DNA of 63,271 nucleotides, the filler included, from Octopus bimaculoides (taxonomy: Eukaryota): assembly GCF_001194135.2 (NCBI RefSeq). It is 6 parts of 5 records of this genome, joined end to end, with 100 filler letters (N's around TTAATTAATTAA, not from the genome) between each part and the next. Parts side by side here need not be neighbours in the genome. Positions count along the whole stretch, not along the records: positions 61,793 to 63,271 come from NC_068982.1; 5 more parts are not named here. One strand, given 5' to 3'. Of the stretch, positions 62,488-63,271 are shown piece after piece. The position numbers and the translations under genes are program-made. The notes beneath the pieces are model-generated. The model did not search any database, was not told the origin of the DNA, and was given only the letters and a program-made list of their open reading frames with translations. Each line of letters begins with the position of its first letter. Positions within the stretch are counted from its first letter, which is position 1.

Positions 62488-62860
62488 GGGAGCTGCACCA
62501 GGTCCCAATCTGATTTGGCATGGTTTCTTTGGCTGGATGCCCTTCTTAACACAAACCACTCAAAGTGTAGTGGGTGCTTTTTATGTTCCACTAGCACAGG
62601 CGCTAGTTGTGTAACATGACATTAGCCACAACTACTATCTCACTTGGTTTGACAGGTCTTCTCAAGCACAGTATATTGCCAAAGATCTTGGTCACTTGTC
62701 ACTACCTATCGTAAGGCCCAACAATCAAGGGGTGCTTTTTACATGTCACCAGAATGGTGGCCAGTTCTGCAACACTGGCATTAGCTACAACTATGACTTC
62801 ACTTCGCATGATGGATCTTCTCAAGCATGGCATATTGCCCAACGTTCAAAAATGATGATA
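62488..62860 (-). mobile_element. Older RTE 3' UTR, minus strand
   Basis: GCTGCACCAGGTCCCAATCTGATTTGGCA...GCTGGATGCCCTTCTTAAC...GTAGTGGGTGCTTTTTATG is the reverse complement of the tail family. Confidence 0.8.
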
Positions 62861-62929
62861 TATATGTGTGTGTGTGTATATATATATATGATGCCCGCGG
62901 CATGTCTAAGGACTTTCAAGCGAGATTGT

Positions 62930-63207
62930 TGCCAGTGCCCTTGGACTGGCTTTTGTGCGGGTGGCACATAAAATACACCATTTTGAGCGTGGCCGTTGCC
63001 AGTAACGCCTGACTGGCCTTCGTGCGGGTGACACATAAAAGCACCCACTACACTGAGTGGTTGGCGTTAGGAAGGGCATCCAGCTGTAGAAACTCTGCCA
63101 AATCGGATTGGAGCCTGATGTAGCCATCTGGTTTCACCAGTCCTCAGTCAAATCGTCCAACCCATGCTAGCATGGAAAGCAGATGTTAAATGATGATGAT
63201 GATGATA
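62930..63207 (+). mobile_element. RTE 3' end
   Basis: GGTGGCACATAAAATACACCATTTTGAGCGTGGCCGTTGCC...CCCATGCTAGCATGGAAAGCAGATGTTAAAT(GAT)n. Confidence 0.9.
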
Positions 63208-63271
63208 TATAATGATGATATATAATGATGATATATATGTATTTATACATGTGATGATATATATATATATA

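Overview
Eukaryotic, very AT-rich, microsatellite-dense genomic DNA. The repeat families (tRNA-headed SINEs, RTE LINE 3' ends with (GAT)n tails, TTAGGG repeats) match what I recall of Octopus/coleoid cephalopod genomes; this is an inference, not a database result. No intact, recognisable protein-coding gene is visible, and most listed ORFs are microsatellite, gap or transposon artefacts. The window is mainly a transposon graveyard: three or more SINE families, two long RTE ORF2 remnants carrying a PHD-like finger plus about ten RTE 3' tails, a full-length dead mariner, a Penelope-like GIY-YIG remnant, Helitron remnants, hAT remnants and piggyBac/Tc1-type MITEs. Five 100-bp gaps carry an artificial TTAATTAATTAA linker, so segments may not be truly adjacent. 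There is a plausible first coding exon at 1137-1170 followed by a CpG-poor ~5-30 kb domain (possible methylated gene body), plus weak exon candidates at 39-45 kb. Most interesting signals: (1) a foldback element at 538-786 with inverted telomeric repeats arranged like a miniature chromosome; (2) a Penelope terminus carrying a tRNA-like Pol III module directly upstream of a hammerhead-ribozyme-like core (9045-9256), plus a second head-to-head hammerhead-like palindrome (38646-38767); (3) a SINE family repeatedly inserted at AATATTA sites; (4) a SINE carrying the RTE 3' tail, which suggests a SINE-LINE partnership.
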